This document shows positions 42,367 through 56,700 of a DNA stretch of 64,000 nt, piece by piece. Made by a program: the position numbers and the translations under genes. Positions within the stretch are counted from its first letter, which is position 1; each line of letters starts with the position of its first letter. This DNA comes from Candidatus Krumholzibacteriia bacterium (GTDB lineage Bacteria > Krumholzibacteriota > Krumholzibacteriia > JAJRXK01): positions 32,001-96,000 of the forward strand of contig JBGPIA010000006.1 in assembly GCA_041484665.1 (NCBI GenBank). Direction: 5' to 3'. The notes under the pieces were generated by a model that saw only the letters and a program-made list of their open reading frames with translations, made no database searches and was not told where the DNA came from.

Positions 42367-44369
42367 CCCGCAACGATCCCGCAGCCGCCGCGGCGGGCGC
42401 GCGCGCCCTCGTGCTCGTGACCGTGCGGACCGTGAGAGTAGTGGCGGCAATGGGGGCAGTGGCGGCAGTGCCGGCGGTGCCGGCCCCGCCCATTGTCGTG
42501 AGGGCGGTACTGGCCGCGTTAAACGTAATCCTGCCGCTCATGGCCGCAGCGCAGTCCGCGCCGCCATCGCAACCTGCGGCACCAGCGCAGTCCGCGTCCG
42601 TATCGCAGCCGGCGGCGCTAGCTCAGTCCGCGCCGCCAGTGCGGTCCGCACCGCCGTCGCAACCCATGGCGGCATCGCAACCCTCACTGCCGATCACGCT
42701 CGACGATCTGCAGCGGGTCGTGCGCCTCGCGGATCTGGCGTGGTCGCCCGACGGCCAGCAGCTCGTGCTCACATCGACGCCCGATTTAGGCGACGCGATC
42801 CGGACGGGCAGCGACCTGTGGTTGCTGCGGCCGGGACAAGGTCTGCGGCGACTGACCAACGACGCGCAACCCGATCGCGGCGGGAGTTGGAACAGCAGCG
42901 GAACCCACCTCGCGTTCGCCAGCCGGCGTGGCGGGGATGGATCCGAGCAGGGTTGGCTGTGGGACAGCCACGACGGCGCTCTGCACCCGCTGGCCAAGGT
43001 CGAGGGGGGACTGCTCACATCGCCGGTATGGGCTGCGGATGGTTCGGCGCTGGCGGCGATCGCAGTCCAGCGCCCCACGCCGACGGCACCCCCGGGGCCG
43101 GCTGCACGACCGGGGCGGGCCGGGGCTGCGTTCGGCCGCGTCGTGCTGCTGGCACCGGGAGGCCAGTCGGTGGCGCCAGTGAAGGAGGCCGCGCCAGCGG
43201 TCGGCCTTGCCTGGGCGCCGCACGGGAAGGTGCTCGCGCTGGTCGCTCGTGGCCCGCAGCCCGACACCGAGCAGCGTTCGCCGCTGCGTGTCGGGATCCA
43301 GCTGCTCGACCTCTCGGCCAATCCTCCTGCTGTTCGATGGATGGACGCTGCAGGGGCTGGGTCACTCTTCCAAGAGTCGCCCGTGTGGTCGCCCGATGGC
43401 ACGCAGATCGCCGCACGCGTCGCGCTGGACGGCGGTTCGTCGGACGGCACTTCGTCCTCCGCTAGTCCAACCACCGGCGACTCGCATTCCGGCGACCCGG
43501 CTTCCAACAGCCCGCCGTGCGGCGCCTGCGAGCTCCGCATGTGGGACGTCGCCAGCGGAGCCTCGCGCCTCGTCTCGCTTCCCCTGACGGACGTCTTCGG
43601 CCCGCCGGTATGGTTGCCGGATGGCAAAGCGCTCGTGCTGCCGGCGCGCGAGGGGATGCGCGTGCACCTGGCGCAGCTGCGGGTTGCGGATACGCTCGCG
43701 GTCCGTTGGCTGACGAGCTCCCTGGAGCAGGCCGGCGACCTGCAGCGGCCCGGCGCGGTGGCGGTGGCCCCCGATGGAAAGCGGTTGGCGTACGTGCGCT
43801 CCACGCCGCGCACGCCCGACGAGATCCTGCTGTTGGACCTGCCGGCCGGCGACGGGCAGCGGGTGACGAGCTTCCACGTGGAGCTGCTGCGTAAGGGCCT
43901 GGCTAGCGTGGAAGCCATCGAGCTCCCGCCGCCGGCGGGGCCCCGTGCGGCGCTGCTGATCTATCCGCCCTCCGCTGTGGCGCCCAAACCTCCTTGGCCG
44001 CTGGTGATCCTGACGGACGATCCGCACGGTCCCCAGCCGTCGGCGCGGTTCGACGCGGTCGCGCAGCTTGCGGCGGGCACCGGCGCGCTGGTGTTGCGCG
44101 CGCGCTGGCCGGTCGACACTGTCCGTGCGGCGGCCGCCATGCGCGAGGCGGTCGGCGAGCTCGTGGATCGCAACATGGCGAATGGGAAGCCACCTTGTCT
44201 CTTGGGCCCACCGTCGGTGACGGAGGGACTGGTGCGCGTCTGGGAAGGGCCGTCGGGCGCGCCCTCGCCAAGCGGCCCCTCGACCGTCGCCTTCGCCGGG
44301 AGCGATGACCGATCGCGTGCGGCGCTGGAGCGACTCGTTACGGCGTTGCGCGGGTCCGCTGCGCGCTAG
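42363..44369 (+). CDS. PD40/TolB-like beta-propeller protein related to S9 peptidases, with a degenerate catalytic domain
   Basis: ITLDDL..WSPDGQ, LRRLTN, WSPDG, WLPDGK; LIYPP..PWPLVIL, then a short C-terminus with no GxSxG; GTGA overlap with the cytochrome gene. Confidence 0.7.
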   Translation: MTRNDPAAAAAGARALVLVTVRTVRVVAAMGAVAAVPAVPAPPIVVRAVLAALNVILPLMAAAQSAPPSQPAAPAQSASVSQPAALAQSAPPVRSAPPSQPMAASQPSLPITLDDLQRVVRLADLAWSPDGQQLVLTSTPDLGDAIRTGSDLWLLRPGQGLRRLTNDAQPDRGGSWNSSGTHLAFASRRGGDGSEQGWLWDSHDGALHPLAKVEGGLLTSPVWAADGSALAAIAVQRPTPTAPPGPAARPGRAGAAFGRVVLLAPGGQSVAPVKEAAPAVGLAWAPHGKVLALVARGPQPDTEQRSPLRVGIQLLDLSANPPAVRWMDAAGAGSLFQESPVWSPDGTQIAARVALDGGSSDGTSSSASPTTGDSHSGDPASNSPPCGACELRMWDVASGASRLVSLPLTDVFGPPVWLPDGKALVLPAREGMRVHLAQLRVADTLAVRWLTSSLEQAGDLQRPGAVAVAPDGKRLAYVRSTPRTPDEILLLDLPAGDGQRVTSFHVELLRKGLASVEAIELPPPAGPRAALLIYPPSAVAPKPPWPLVILTDDPHGPQPSARFDAVAQLAAGTGALVLRARWPVDTVRAAAAMREAVGELVDRNMANGKPPCLLGPPSVTEGLVRVWEGPSGAPSPSGPSTVAFAGSDDRSRAALERLVTALRGSAAR

Positions 44370-44531
44370 CACGTGATCGGCGGCGCGCAGTGGACCGCAA
44401 CAGCGTCCATGATCCAGCGTGCTCTTGCGCCACGCGCTTCCAGATCGTTGCTTGTCGTCTCCCATGCGACCTGTCCGCTCCCGATCGTAGCTCGTGCCGC
44501 GCATTGTCCCTGCAGACCACCGCTCTTTCGC

Positions 44532-44561
44532 TTGGCAAGGCCGCGCGCGGCGGGTTACACT
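44532..44561 (+). promoter_or_regulatory. Putative sigma70 promoter upstream of mltF
   Basis: TTGGCA-N18-TACACT. Confidence 0.45.
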
Positions 44562-44748
44562 CGAACCCGACAGGGGGGACGCAGCCCTCGCCCAGGCCAG
44601 AGCGCCTGGCGCGGGCTTCCTGCCCTCGGGCAGGACCTGGACCCTGTGAGCAGAAAGCATCCATGCCCCAGACCGTGCACGCCATAGCCGCATCCTGAGT
44701 GGTCCGCGCGGTCGACCTTGCTTCCTGCTTCGCTATTTGTTCGAATCG

Positions 44749-46281
44749 ATGAACAGACACGACCTCATCGTCAGGACGGGGCTGGCCAGCCTCATCGCAG
44801 CCGCCGGGGTATTCACCCTGGTGCGGCTGACGCCGCTGTCCGCGCGCCCGGTCCTCCTCCTCGAAGAAGAGGCCGGGACCGCCATTGCCGTGCGCGCGCC
44901 CCAGGTCGTGCGCGATCTCGATGACGTGCGCAAGAGCGGCGTACTGCGCGTGGCGCTGCGCAACAACGACAGCAGCTATCTGATCCTCGGCGGGCAGGAG
45001 TACGGCTTCGAGTACGAGCTCGCGCTGCAGATGTGCAAGGACCTGAGCGTGAAGCTGGAGGTGGTGCTCCCCGACAGCTCCAGCAGCCTGCTCACCATGC
45101 TTAACGAGGGCCGGGCCGACGTGGTCGCCTCACCCATCTCCGCGCACCCCGACAACGAGTCCGCCGCCGCGCTCACGCAACCGTACAACGAAGTGCAGCA
45201 AGTGCTGGTGGTGCGGCGCGACGACGCGGAGCACTACGAGAAGCCCAAGGACCTCCAGGACGTGATGGTGGCGATCCGCCGCTGGTCGACCTACGAGCGC
45301 ACGCTGATCGGGCTGCGCGAGGAGGGAACCAACGTCGGGATGGTGCTGCTCTCGCCGCGCGTGTCCACCGAGGAGATCCTCGAGATGGTAGCCGATGGCA
45401 CCTACCCGGCAACGGTCGCCAACCGCGACATCGCCGAGGCCGCGCTGACCTACCGGCCCGAGCTCGTGATCGCGTTCCCGCTCACGCCGGTCCAGCCGGT
45501 CTCGTGGGCGGTGCGCAAGAACTGTCCGGCGCTGCTGGCCACCACCAACGCGTTCCTGGCCCGCCAGTACCGCGTCAAGGACGGCGGCGACGTCGCGCGC
45601 TCGGAGCTCTACAACGTCTTGCACCGGAAGTATTTTACCGACGAACGGCAGATCCGCGCCCGCGACGAGAGCCCCTTCCGCGTGGCGTATACCGGGCGCT
45701 TCTCCCCGTACGACGAGATCGTGCAGGACGTGGCGCAGCATTACCAGCTGGATTGGCGCCTGATCGCCAGCATGATCTTCCAGGAGAGCCGCTTCGATCC
45801 GGCCCGGGAGTCATGGGCCGGCGCAGTGGGCCTCATGCAGGTCGTGCCAGCCACGGCCGGTGTGAGCGCCGACAGCCTGCGCATCCCGCAGGTCAATGTC
45901 GAGGCGGGCGTGCACTACTTCCGCGAGCTGTACGACTCCTACGCCTATCTCGAGCCTTCCGACCGCATGGCCTTCGCCCTGGCGGCGTACAATGCCGGCC
46001 GCGGGCACCTCGACGATGCGCGGATGCTCTCGATCATGCGCGGCGCCGATCCGAACCACTGGGACGATTCGGTACGGGACAGCCTCATGCTCTTGTGCAA
46101 TCCCGAACACCACGCGCTGGTGCGCTACGGCTACGTGCGCGGCAGCGAGACGGTGGGCTACGTGCGCGACGTGCTGCGCCGCTACGACCTGCTGCAACAT
46201 CTGCTGGTCCAGGGGGCCGACACCGCCCGCACCGTGATGCAGACCGCCGAGCGGATCGGGGCGCGGCCTGTGGTCCCCTGA
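44749..46281 (+). CDS. mltF: MltF-like lytic transglycosylase (SBP domain + SLT)
   Basis: GVLRVA..GFEYELA, SWAVRK, DWRLIASMIFQESRFDP, GAVGLMQV, ALAAYNAG.GH, ETVGYV. Confidence 0.9.
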   Translation: MNRHDLIVRTGLASLIAAAGVFTLVRLTPLSARPVLLLEEEAGTAIAVRAPQVVRDLDDVRKSGVLRVALRNNDSSYLILGGQEYGFEYELALQMCKDLSVKLEVVLPDSSSSLLTMLNEGRADVVASPISAHPDNESAAALTQPYNEVQQVLVVRRDDAEHYEKPKDLQDVMVAIRRWSTYERTLIGLREEGTNVGMVLLSPRVSTEEILEMVADGTYPATVANRDIAEAALTYRPELVIAFPLTPVQPVSWAVRKNCPALLATTNAFLARQYRVKDGGDVARSELYNVLHRKYFTDERQIRARDESPFRVAYTGRFSPYDEIVQDVAQHYQLDWRLIASMIFQESRFDPARESWAGAVGLMQVVPATAGVSADSLRIPQVNVEAGVHYFRELYDSYAYLEPSDRMAFALAAYNAGRGHLDDARMLSIMRGADPNHWDDSVRDSLMLLCNPEHHALVRYGYVRGSETVGYVRDVLRRYDLLQHLLVQGADTARTVMQTAERIGARPVVP

Positions 46282-46402
46282 CGCGTCACTCGCAAGCGTA
46301 GCGCCAGACACCTCCGGCGCTGCGGCGCCGAAACCGCTTGCCGCCGCCGTTCGGTTGCCCCGATCTTCTGCCGCAAGTTCGCCTCTTGCCTTGGCCTGCG
46401 CT

Positions 46403-47155
46403 ATGACCGTCTCCGCCCGCGCTCCCGAGCATCTGGCCAGCGGCAAGCCCGCCGACTACGGCGACTTCATTCTGCGGCGGCGCCATCGCCTGGTCACGCG
46501 CCTGCTGCCCCCGCGGGGCAACGTCCTGCTCGACTTCGGGTGCGGCAACGGGGCGCAGACATTCTACTTCGCCCCGCACTTCCGGTCGACCGTCGGCGTA
46601 GACGTCGACGCCACGCACCTCCAAGCTCTGCGCGCCGAGGCGGGCCGCAGGGGCTGGGCCGCAGGGGTGACAGCCCTGCTCTACGATGGGTTCCGCCTGC
46701 CAATCCGGGATGCCGCGGTCGATTACGCGATCTCCTTCGAGGTGCTCGAGCACGTGGACAGCGAATCGGCCGCTCTGCGCGAGCTGCTGAGGGTGTTGCG
46801 GCCCGGCGGCGTGCTCGCCCTCTCGGTTCCCAACCGCTGGTGGATCTTCGAGACCCACGGCGCGAAGCTCCCCCTCCTGCCTTGGAATCGGGTCCCCTTC
46901 TTCAGTTGGCTTCCCAAGCGGATCCACGACCGCTATGCGCGCGCCCGCATCTATCGCCGCCGCGAGATCGTCCGGCTGCTGCGATCCACCGGCTTCGACA
47001 TGCTCGGCAGCACCTACATTACCGCCCCGATGGACGTGCTCCGATGGGGGCCACTCCAGAGCGCGCTCCGTGCCACGCTCTTCCGGCCAGATCGCACTTC
47101 CATACCGACCTTGAGCACGGCCGTGTTGCTTCTTGCTCGCCGTCCGCCTGCGTAG
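46403..47155 (+). CDS. Class I SAM-dependent methyltransferase
   Basis: LLDFGCGNG, GVDVD, SFEVLEHV, RVLRPGG..SVPNRWWIFETH. Confidence 0.88.
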   Translation: MTVSARAPEHLASGKPADYGDFILRRRHRLVTRLLPPRGNVLLDFGCGNGAQTFYFAPHFRSTVGVDVDATHLQALRAEAGRRGWAAGVTALLYDGFRLPIRDAAVDYAISFEVLEHVDSESAALRELLRVLRPGGVLALSVPNRWWIFETHGAKLPLLPWNRVPFFSWLPKRIHDRYARARIYRRREIVRLLRSTGFDMLGSTYITAPMDVLRWGPLQSALRATLFRPDRTSIPTLSTAVLLLARRPPA

Positions 47156-47303
47156 CATTCGTACGGCGAAACTCCTCCCATCCTGGTCCGCGAGCGGCGT
47201 TCCCATCGCCGCTGCCGGTGAGGTGACTGCGGACCCGCTGTTCTGCGACCCCGCGGAGGGCGACGACCATCCTGAGCGTGACGTAGACAGGAGTCGAGGT
47301 TGG

Positions 47304-49019
47304 TTAGAAGCTCGACGCCGTCAGCTTCACGTCGGCGCGCGCCCAGGCTTGCTTGAATTGCTTCTGGACGGCTGCGGCCTCCGCAGCGGCGTTGCGCGCG
47401 TGCAGGCATTGCTGCAGTCCGTAGAGCGACCAGCCGTTGTGCGGGTTGCGGGCAAGATCGTCGCGGTAGACCGTCTCGGCGTCGCCCACGCGGCCGGCGG
47501 TCAGCAGCACCGCCCCCAGCGACTGGCGCACCGGATAGTAGAATGGCGGCGGTTCGTCGTAGCTCAGCGCGTCCTGGGCAGCGACGGCCTCGCGCAGGCG
47601 GGTGACGGCGTCGTCGGTATTGCCCTGCCGCGCGGCGATCTCGCCCGCCAGCGCCATCGCGGCGACCTTCAGCACCGGCCTGGCCGGCTGGATGCCCGCG
47701 ACCGCATCGGGCGAGATGGTCGCGGCGATGATGGATACGCTGTCCTGGTCGACCTGGGCCTCGCCAAAGCGGGCCTTCGCCGCCAGCGCGAGCCCGTGCG
47801 TGTAGTGCCACATGCCCTTGGTGAGGCGCAGGCGCATATCGGGGGCGCGCTGCGCGAGCAGCTCGTCCCAGTGGCCGAAGCGCGCCAGCGTGTACCAGCG
47901 CGTGGGGAGCAGGAACTCCGCCATCTGCATCTGCAAGCCCGCCTCCGGCGGGACGAGCTGTCCGAGCTTATCGGCGATCTGCAGCGCCTCGGCGCTGCGA
48001 CCCTCCATGCAGAGCGCCGACCAGCGGAACTGGATGTTGTGCGTGTAGTACATCATCGGGTAGATGCCCTTGACGTCGTACTGCTGGATGTACGCCTCGT
48101 CGACCGCGATGGCCTTGGCATTCTGTTCGGAGGCGTCGTGATAGCGGCCCAGGCGTGCGTAGATGTGCGAGGGCATGTGCACGATGTGACCGGCGTTGGG
48201 CATGGTCTTGGCCACCCGGTCGGCAGCCGCCAGGGCCTTCTCCGGATGCAGTGAGGCCTCCACGGCGTGGATGTAATAGTGATTCGCGCCAGGATGATTG
48301 GGGTTCTTGGCGAGCACCCGCTCCAGCGTCTCGACGATCTCCGTCGTGCCAGGCTGGGGCTGGCCGTCGTGGGTCCAGAGGCTCCACGGACGCAGGTCCA
48401 TCATCGACTCGGCGAAGAGCGTCGCCGCGTCGAGATCGTCCGGGTAGCGCTTGGCGAGCCCGCGCATGGCGTCGGCATAGGCGCGGTCGAGCGCCTTGCG
48501 GTCGGCGGCAGAGTCACCGGAGTAGCGCATCGAAAGCGCGTCGATGTAGTCCCGCTCGGCGGGGCTGGCCTTGGCCTTCAGCGCGACGGCCTTCTGCACG
48601 GCCTCGTACGCCGCGCGGCCGGCCGCGTCATCCATCGGGAGGTTGATGTTGGGCCCCAGGGTGAGCGCTACCCCCCACCAGGCGATGGCGCAGTCGGGGT
48701 CCTGCCGCGCGGCCTCCTCGAAGGAGCGTCGCCCCTCCTCATGGTTGAAGGCGAACACCATGCGCAGAGCCTGATCGAAGTACTTCTGCGCGAGCGCAGA
48801 CTTGGTCGTGATGGCGTGATGCCAGGTCCCGGTGCCATCCAGGAGCGGCGCGGGCGCGGCAGTGGCCGCGGTGCCGGACGGAGCCGAGGGCGGCGCGCCG
48901 GGCTCGGTGACCGCCGTCGCGCCGCCGTGGTCGTGCTGCGCCACGGCCGGCGGCACCGCCGCAAGCGATACCAGAAGGCTCAAGCTGGCCGACAGGGCAT
49001 ACAACTGGCGCACGTGCAT
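47304..49019 (-). CDS. Secreted TPR-like repeat protein
   Basis: Signal peptide; AQKYFDQAL..FNHEE, DPDCAIAWWG, HPGANHYYIH, HIVHMPSHIY, PHNGWSLYGL; GGGAGG RBS. Confidence 0.82.
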   Translation of the reverse strand: MHVRQLYALSASLSLLVSLAAVPPAVAQHDHGGATAVTEPGAPPSAPSGTAATAAPAPLLDGTGTWHHAITTKSALAQKYFDQALRMVFAFNHEEGRRSFEEAARQDPDCAIAWWGVALTLGPNINLPMDDAAGRAAYEAVQKAVALKAKASPAERDYIDALSMRYSGDSAADRKALDRAYADAMRGLAKRYPDDLDAATLFAESMMDLRPWSLWTHDGQPQPGTTEIVETLERVLAKNPNHPGANHYYIHAVEASLHPEKALAAADRVAKTMPNAGHIVHMPSHIYARLGRYHDASEQNAKAIAVDEAYIQQYDVKGIYPMMYYTHNIQFRWSALCMEGRSAEALQIADKLGQLVPPEAGLQMQMAEFLLPTRWYTLARFGHWDELLAQRAPDMRLRLTKGMWHYTHGLALAAKARFGEAQVDQDSVSIIAATISPDAVAGIQPARPVLKVAAMALAGEIAARQGNTDDAVTRLREAVAAQDALSYDEPPPFYYPVRQSLGAVLLTAGRVGDAETVYRDDLARNPHNGWSLYGLQQCLHARNAAAEAAAVQKQFKQAWARADVKLTASSF

Positions 49020-49758
49020 GGCTTCCCTCCCGAAAAGCGTGAAAAGCGCGTCGCAGAGCGCGGAGCGCGGCCACGACGGATACTCCTGGTTGTCAGAGCT
49101 TGCCATGCGTCCCGTCGCAGAACGGCTGGCTCGACGACCGCCCGCACCGGCACCAGGCGTAGGCGCCGGGTTGGAGTTCCAGGACGTACGGGGCCTTCTG
49201 CACGATCCGTGGCTCGTCGCTCATGGTCGCTCCATCAAGATGAGGGGGATCATCGCCGCAGGGGCACGACACGGATCAGGGAGAGCGCAACCGCGTCGCC
49301 GGCGGTTGCGCAAGGTAGCATCGTGGCCGGGAGGCGGCCACGGACCCAGCTCACTCGCGCGGCCGGGGTGCGGTCTGCGCGCGGGCGGGCGAGTGGTGAG
49401 CGGCGCGGGCGTGAGCGCGGGTGAGGCGCTGGGCGGCGCGGGCGTAGGCGAGGCCGGCGAGGGGTGGGCGGGGCGGGAAGGTCGGGGAGGAATGCCGGGC
49501 GGGAAAGCCAGACCGTGGCTGGCGGGCGGCCCGGGCGGGCAGGCCGGACCGTGGCTAGGGCCGAGCCGGCTCGCGGCCGGCATCCGGATGGTGTAGCCTT
49601 TGGGGCGGCCGGCTGGCGGCCTGCGGGCTCCTGAGCCCGTTGCCTTCCGCCCGCCGCCGACCCGCAGCGGACCTGGGCGCCCCTGGAGCCGCTGCGATCC
49701 CGCAGTGCCCCCACAGCCCTCGACCCCGACCGTGTCGCTGCCGACAGGAGCCCCGCGC

Positions 49759-52728
<2,970 letters not shown>

Positions 52729-52800
52729 GTCCCGACGGAACGGTCCAGGTCGGGATGAGCACGCGGCGGATCGGCCACGGGGCGAGCGGCGGCCGCTCCC

Positions 52801-53253
52801 CTACTTTCGCTCGTACGTCCCCACCAGCTCCCCATCCGCCAGCACGTGGCCCTTCATGGCCGCCAGCGCCTCGTCCTTCGTCGTGCCTGCGCGCAGCCCC
52901 AAAGGAGTGTCCAGCGCGTAGATCTTGAAGTGGTAGTGGTGCACGCCGTGGCCGCGCGGTGGCATGGGCCCGCCGTAGCCGTTCTTGCCAGAGTCGGTGC
53001 GGCCTTCCGTCCCGATCCCCTTCTGCCCCTCTTCCAGCGCCGCGCACGTGGCTGGGATGCCGCAGAGCACCCAGTGTACCCAGGGCTTGGGCCGCGGGGC
53101 GTCGGGGTCGTCACAGATCAAGAGCAGCTCCTTGGTGCCATCGGGGACGCCGCTCCACGCAAGCTGCGGCGACTTGTCGGGACCTTCACCGGTGTGCTTC
53201 TGCGGGATCGGTCCGCTGGGCATGAAGGCCGCGCTCGTCAGACGGATGGCCAT
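52801..53253 (-). CDS. YbhB/YbcL (PEBP) family protein
   Basis: SPQLAWS, CDDPDAP, WVHWV, YGGPMPP.GHG.HHY.F.IYALD; AGGAGGAG RBS. Confidence 0.93.
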   Translation of the reverse strand: MAIRLTSAAFMPSGPIPQKHTGEGPDKSPQLAWSGVPDGTKELLLICDDPDAPRPKPWVHWVLCGIPATCAALEEGQKGIGTEGRTDSGKNGYGGPMPPRGHGVHHYHFKIYALDTPLGLRAGTTKDEALAAMKGHVLADGELVGTYERK

Positions 53254-53387
53254 CTTGTTCTCCTCCTGCTGCGTCCTCCCGCGGCGCGAGCCCGTGCAGC
53301 TGCGATGCAGGCAGCCGCGGGCCGCCCGTGCGGCGTTGGGAAATCCTGCTCCCTGCAGCATCGCTGCGCTGCGACTCGGGCACAAGA

Positions 53388-53462
53388 GGGGTCTCGGGAG
53401 GGTCTCGGAAGGCCTCTCGGAAGGCTCTGGGAGGGCTCTTGGCAAGCTCTCGGAAGGCTCTT
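53388..53462. repeat. 11-12-bp degenerate tandem repeat (CTCTCGGAAGG-like, about 6 copies)
   Basis: GGTCTCGGGAG GGTCTCGGAAG GCCTCTCGGAAG GCTCTGGGAGG GCTCTTGGCAA GCTCTCGGAAG. Confidence 0.75.
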
Positions 53463-53922
53463 CGAGCCAGGTCACGCGAATTGTCGGCCCGCGCCGGACC
53501 AGCGCCCCGTGTCAGCTCGGAAAACAGCGGCCGAACGCGAGGAGCAGCTTCGGCGAACCCCGCAAGCCTGCGTGCGGACCGCGAGTGCCCGGAGGGGATC
53601 GGATTTGTCCCGAAACACTCTGCCGGCGTCAATGTGATTGAGCAAAACTACTCAATGCTCTGAGCAATCGGCTGTGCGAAGGCCGACTCGATGAAGGTCA
53701 CGCCGCCCGACGCTCCTGCGGACCTTCATCGGGCGCATCTGCCCCGATGGAGTCCACAACCTCACAGATGTGGGCCCCATCTTGGTGTGGCACTCCCGAG
53801 CGGTCCACTGAACGCCCTGAGAAGGAAGCCACGGCTGCCGTCCCGACGAAGTCGGACTGGCGCCGGCCGCCCCGTCTGCGTTTGTGATGTACTGCTCGTG
53901 ATGTGCTGCCGGCGCGCACCCT

Positions 53923-53957
53923 TTGCTCGCTGTCGGACGTGTAGTACTTTTCACGTC
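53923..53957 (+). promoter_or_regulatory. Putative promoter overlapped by a palindromic operator, upstream of acpS
   Basis: TTGCTC-N16-TACTTT; GACGTG-N10-CACGTC spans the -10 element. Confidence 0.45.
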
Positions 53958-54057
53958 GCCCGAACAACGCGGCTCTCTGGGCTTTCCGCACTCCCTGAGC
54001 CCTTCGAACTCCTCCGGGCCTTCCGTGGGCTTTTCGGCCGGTGAGGCGGTAGGTTCG

Positions 54058-54510
54058 ATGGCCATCCTCGGCCTTGGCGTGGATCTCGTTGAAGTGGCTC
54101 GTTTCGAGCGGGAGTGCTCCCGACACGGTTCCGGGTTTCTGCAGGAGATCCTGCTGCCCTCGGAACTCGAGTCCTGCTGGCGGGACCGCCGCCCGCATGC
54201 CGCGCTCTCCGCCCGGTTCGCTGCCAAGGAGGCGCTGTTCAAGGCGCTCGGCACCGGCCGTTCCGGGCGGCTCTCCTGGCTCGACCTCGAGGTGCGTCTG
54301 GAAGCGCGCGGTCGGGCGACGCTGGCGGTTTCGGGCGAGGCGGCGCGGCTGGCCGCGGACATGGGGGTTGCGGAGATCCGACTGAGCCTAACCATCTCGG
54401 CGCGGCATGCCGCCGCGATGGTGGTTCTCTCGGGACGGGAAACACGCCGAGAAGCACAGGTCTCCACCGCGGCAGCTGACCTGGGTGTGTCCACCCCGAC
54501 GCTGGGCTGA
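54058..54510 (+). CDS. acpS: Holo-ACP synthase (phosphopantetheinyl transferase)
   Basis: GLGVDLVEVARF, ARFAAKEALFKALGTG, LSLT.S...AAAMVV. Confidence 0.9.
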   Translation: MAILGLGVDLVEVARFERECSRHGSGFLQEILLPSELESCWRDRRPHAALSARFAAKEALFKALGTGRSGRLSWLDLEVRLEARGRATLAVSGEAARLAADMGVAEIRLSLTISARHAAAMVVLSGRETRREAQVSTAAADLGVSTPTLG

Positions 54511-54613
54511 CGGCACGCCGACGCCGGGCTGACGGCACGCCGACTGCGGGCTGAGGGTGGGCCGACTGCGGGCTGTGGGTGGGCCGACGGCGGGCTCAGG
54601 GTGGGCCGACGGC
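54504..54613. repeat. 5 x 22-bp tandem repeat beginning at the acpS stop codon
   Basis: GGGCTGACGGCACGCCGACGCC / GGGCTGACGGCACGCCGACTGC / GGGCTGAGGGTGGGCCGACTGC / GGGCTGTGGGTGGGCCGACGGC / GGGCTCAGGGTGGGCCGACGGC. Confidence 0.88.
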
Positions 54614-54669
54614 GGGACGACGGCGGCTGGGCCGGGGTGGCGGGGGTGCGATCTTCAGGGAGGCGAGCC

Positions 54670-56373
<1,704 letters not shown>

Positions 56374-56453
56374 CGATCCGGACTCGGCCGGCGCGCGGGA
56401 ATCACGATCACCGGCCGAGGATCCCGGCTGACGCCCAAGAGAGGAGCAGACCG

Positions 56454-56699
56454 ATGAAGGAGATGATCCTGGACTACATCCGCAAGGAGTACCTCGACGA
56501 GGAAGACGACACTCCTCTGGACGAGAACACGCGGCTGATCTCCAGCGGGATCGTGGACAGCTTCAGCATGGTCAGCCTCAAGCGCTTCCTGGAGAAGAAG
56601 TGCGGCGTCAGCATCCCGGACGAGCAGGCGACCCCACAGGCATTTGACACGGTGACCAGTATCATCGCGCTGGTGAACAAGATCCGGGGAGGGAAGTGA
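56454..56699 (+). CDS. Stand-alone acyl/aminoacyl carrier protein
   Basis: 81 aa, acidic; LISSGIVDSFSMV phosphopantetheine motif; FDTV; GAGGAG RBS. Confidence 0.9.
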   Translation: MKEMILDYIRKEYLDEEDDTPLDENTRLISSGIVDSFSMVSLKRFLEKKCGVSIPDEQATPQAFDTVTSIIALVNKIRGGK

Positions 56700-56700
56700 G

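Noticed and set aside
44610..44650. SRP RNA-like CAGGTCC..GGAAGC on the minus strand
   Set aside because: It lacks the GNRA tetraloop, the AGCAG motif and the long closing helix.
53660..53870. Glycine, lysine or cobalamin riboswitch upstream of the kbl cluster
   Set aside because: Only fragments (CCACTG, TCTCAGG on the minus strand) match; the core motifs are missing or out of order. Kept only as an unknown structured leader.
54504..54613. Possible CRISPR array (also 31769-31844 and 57931-58026)
   Set aside because: The units are contiguous with no unique spacers, and no cas genes are present.
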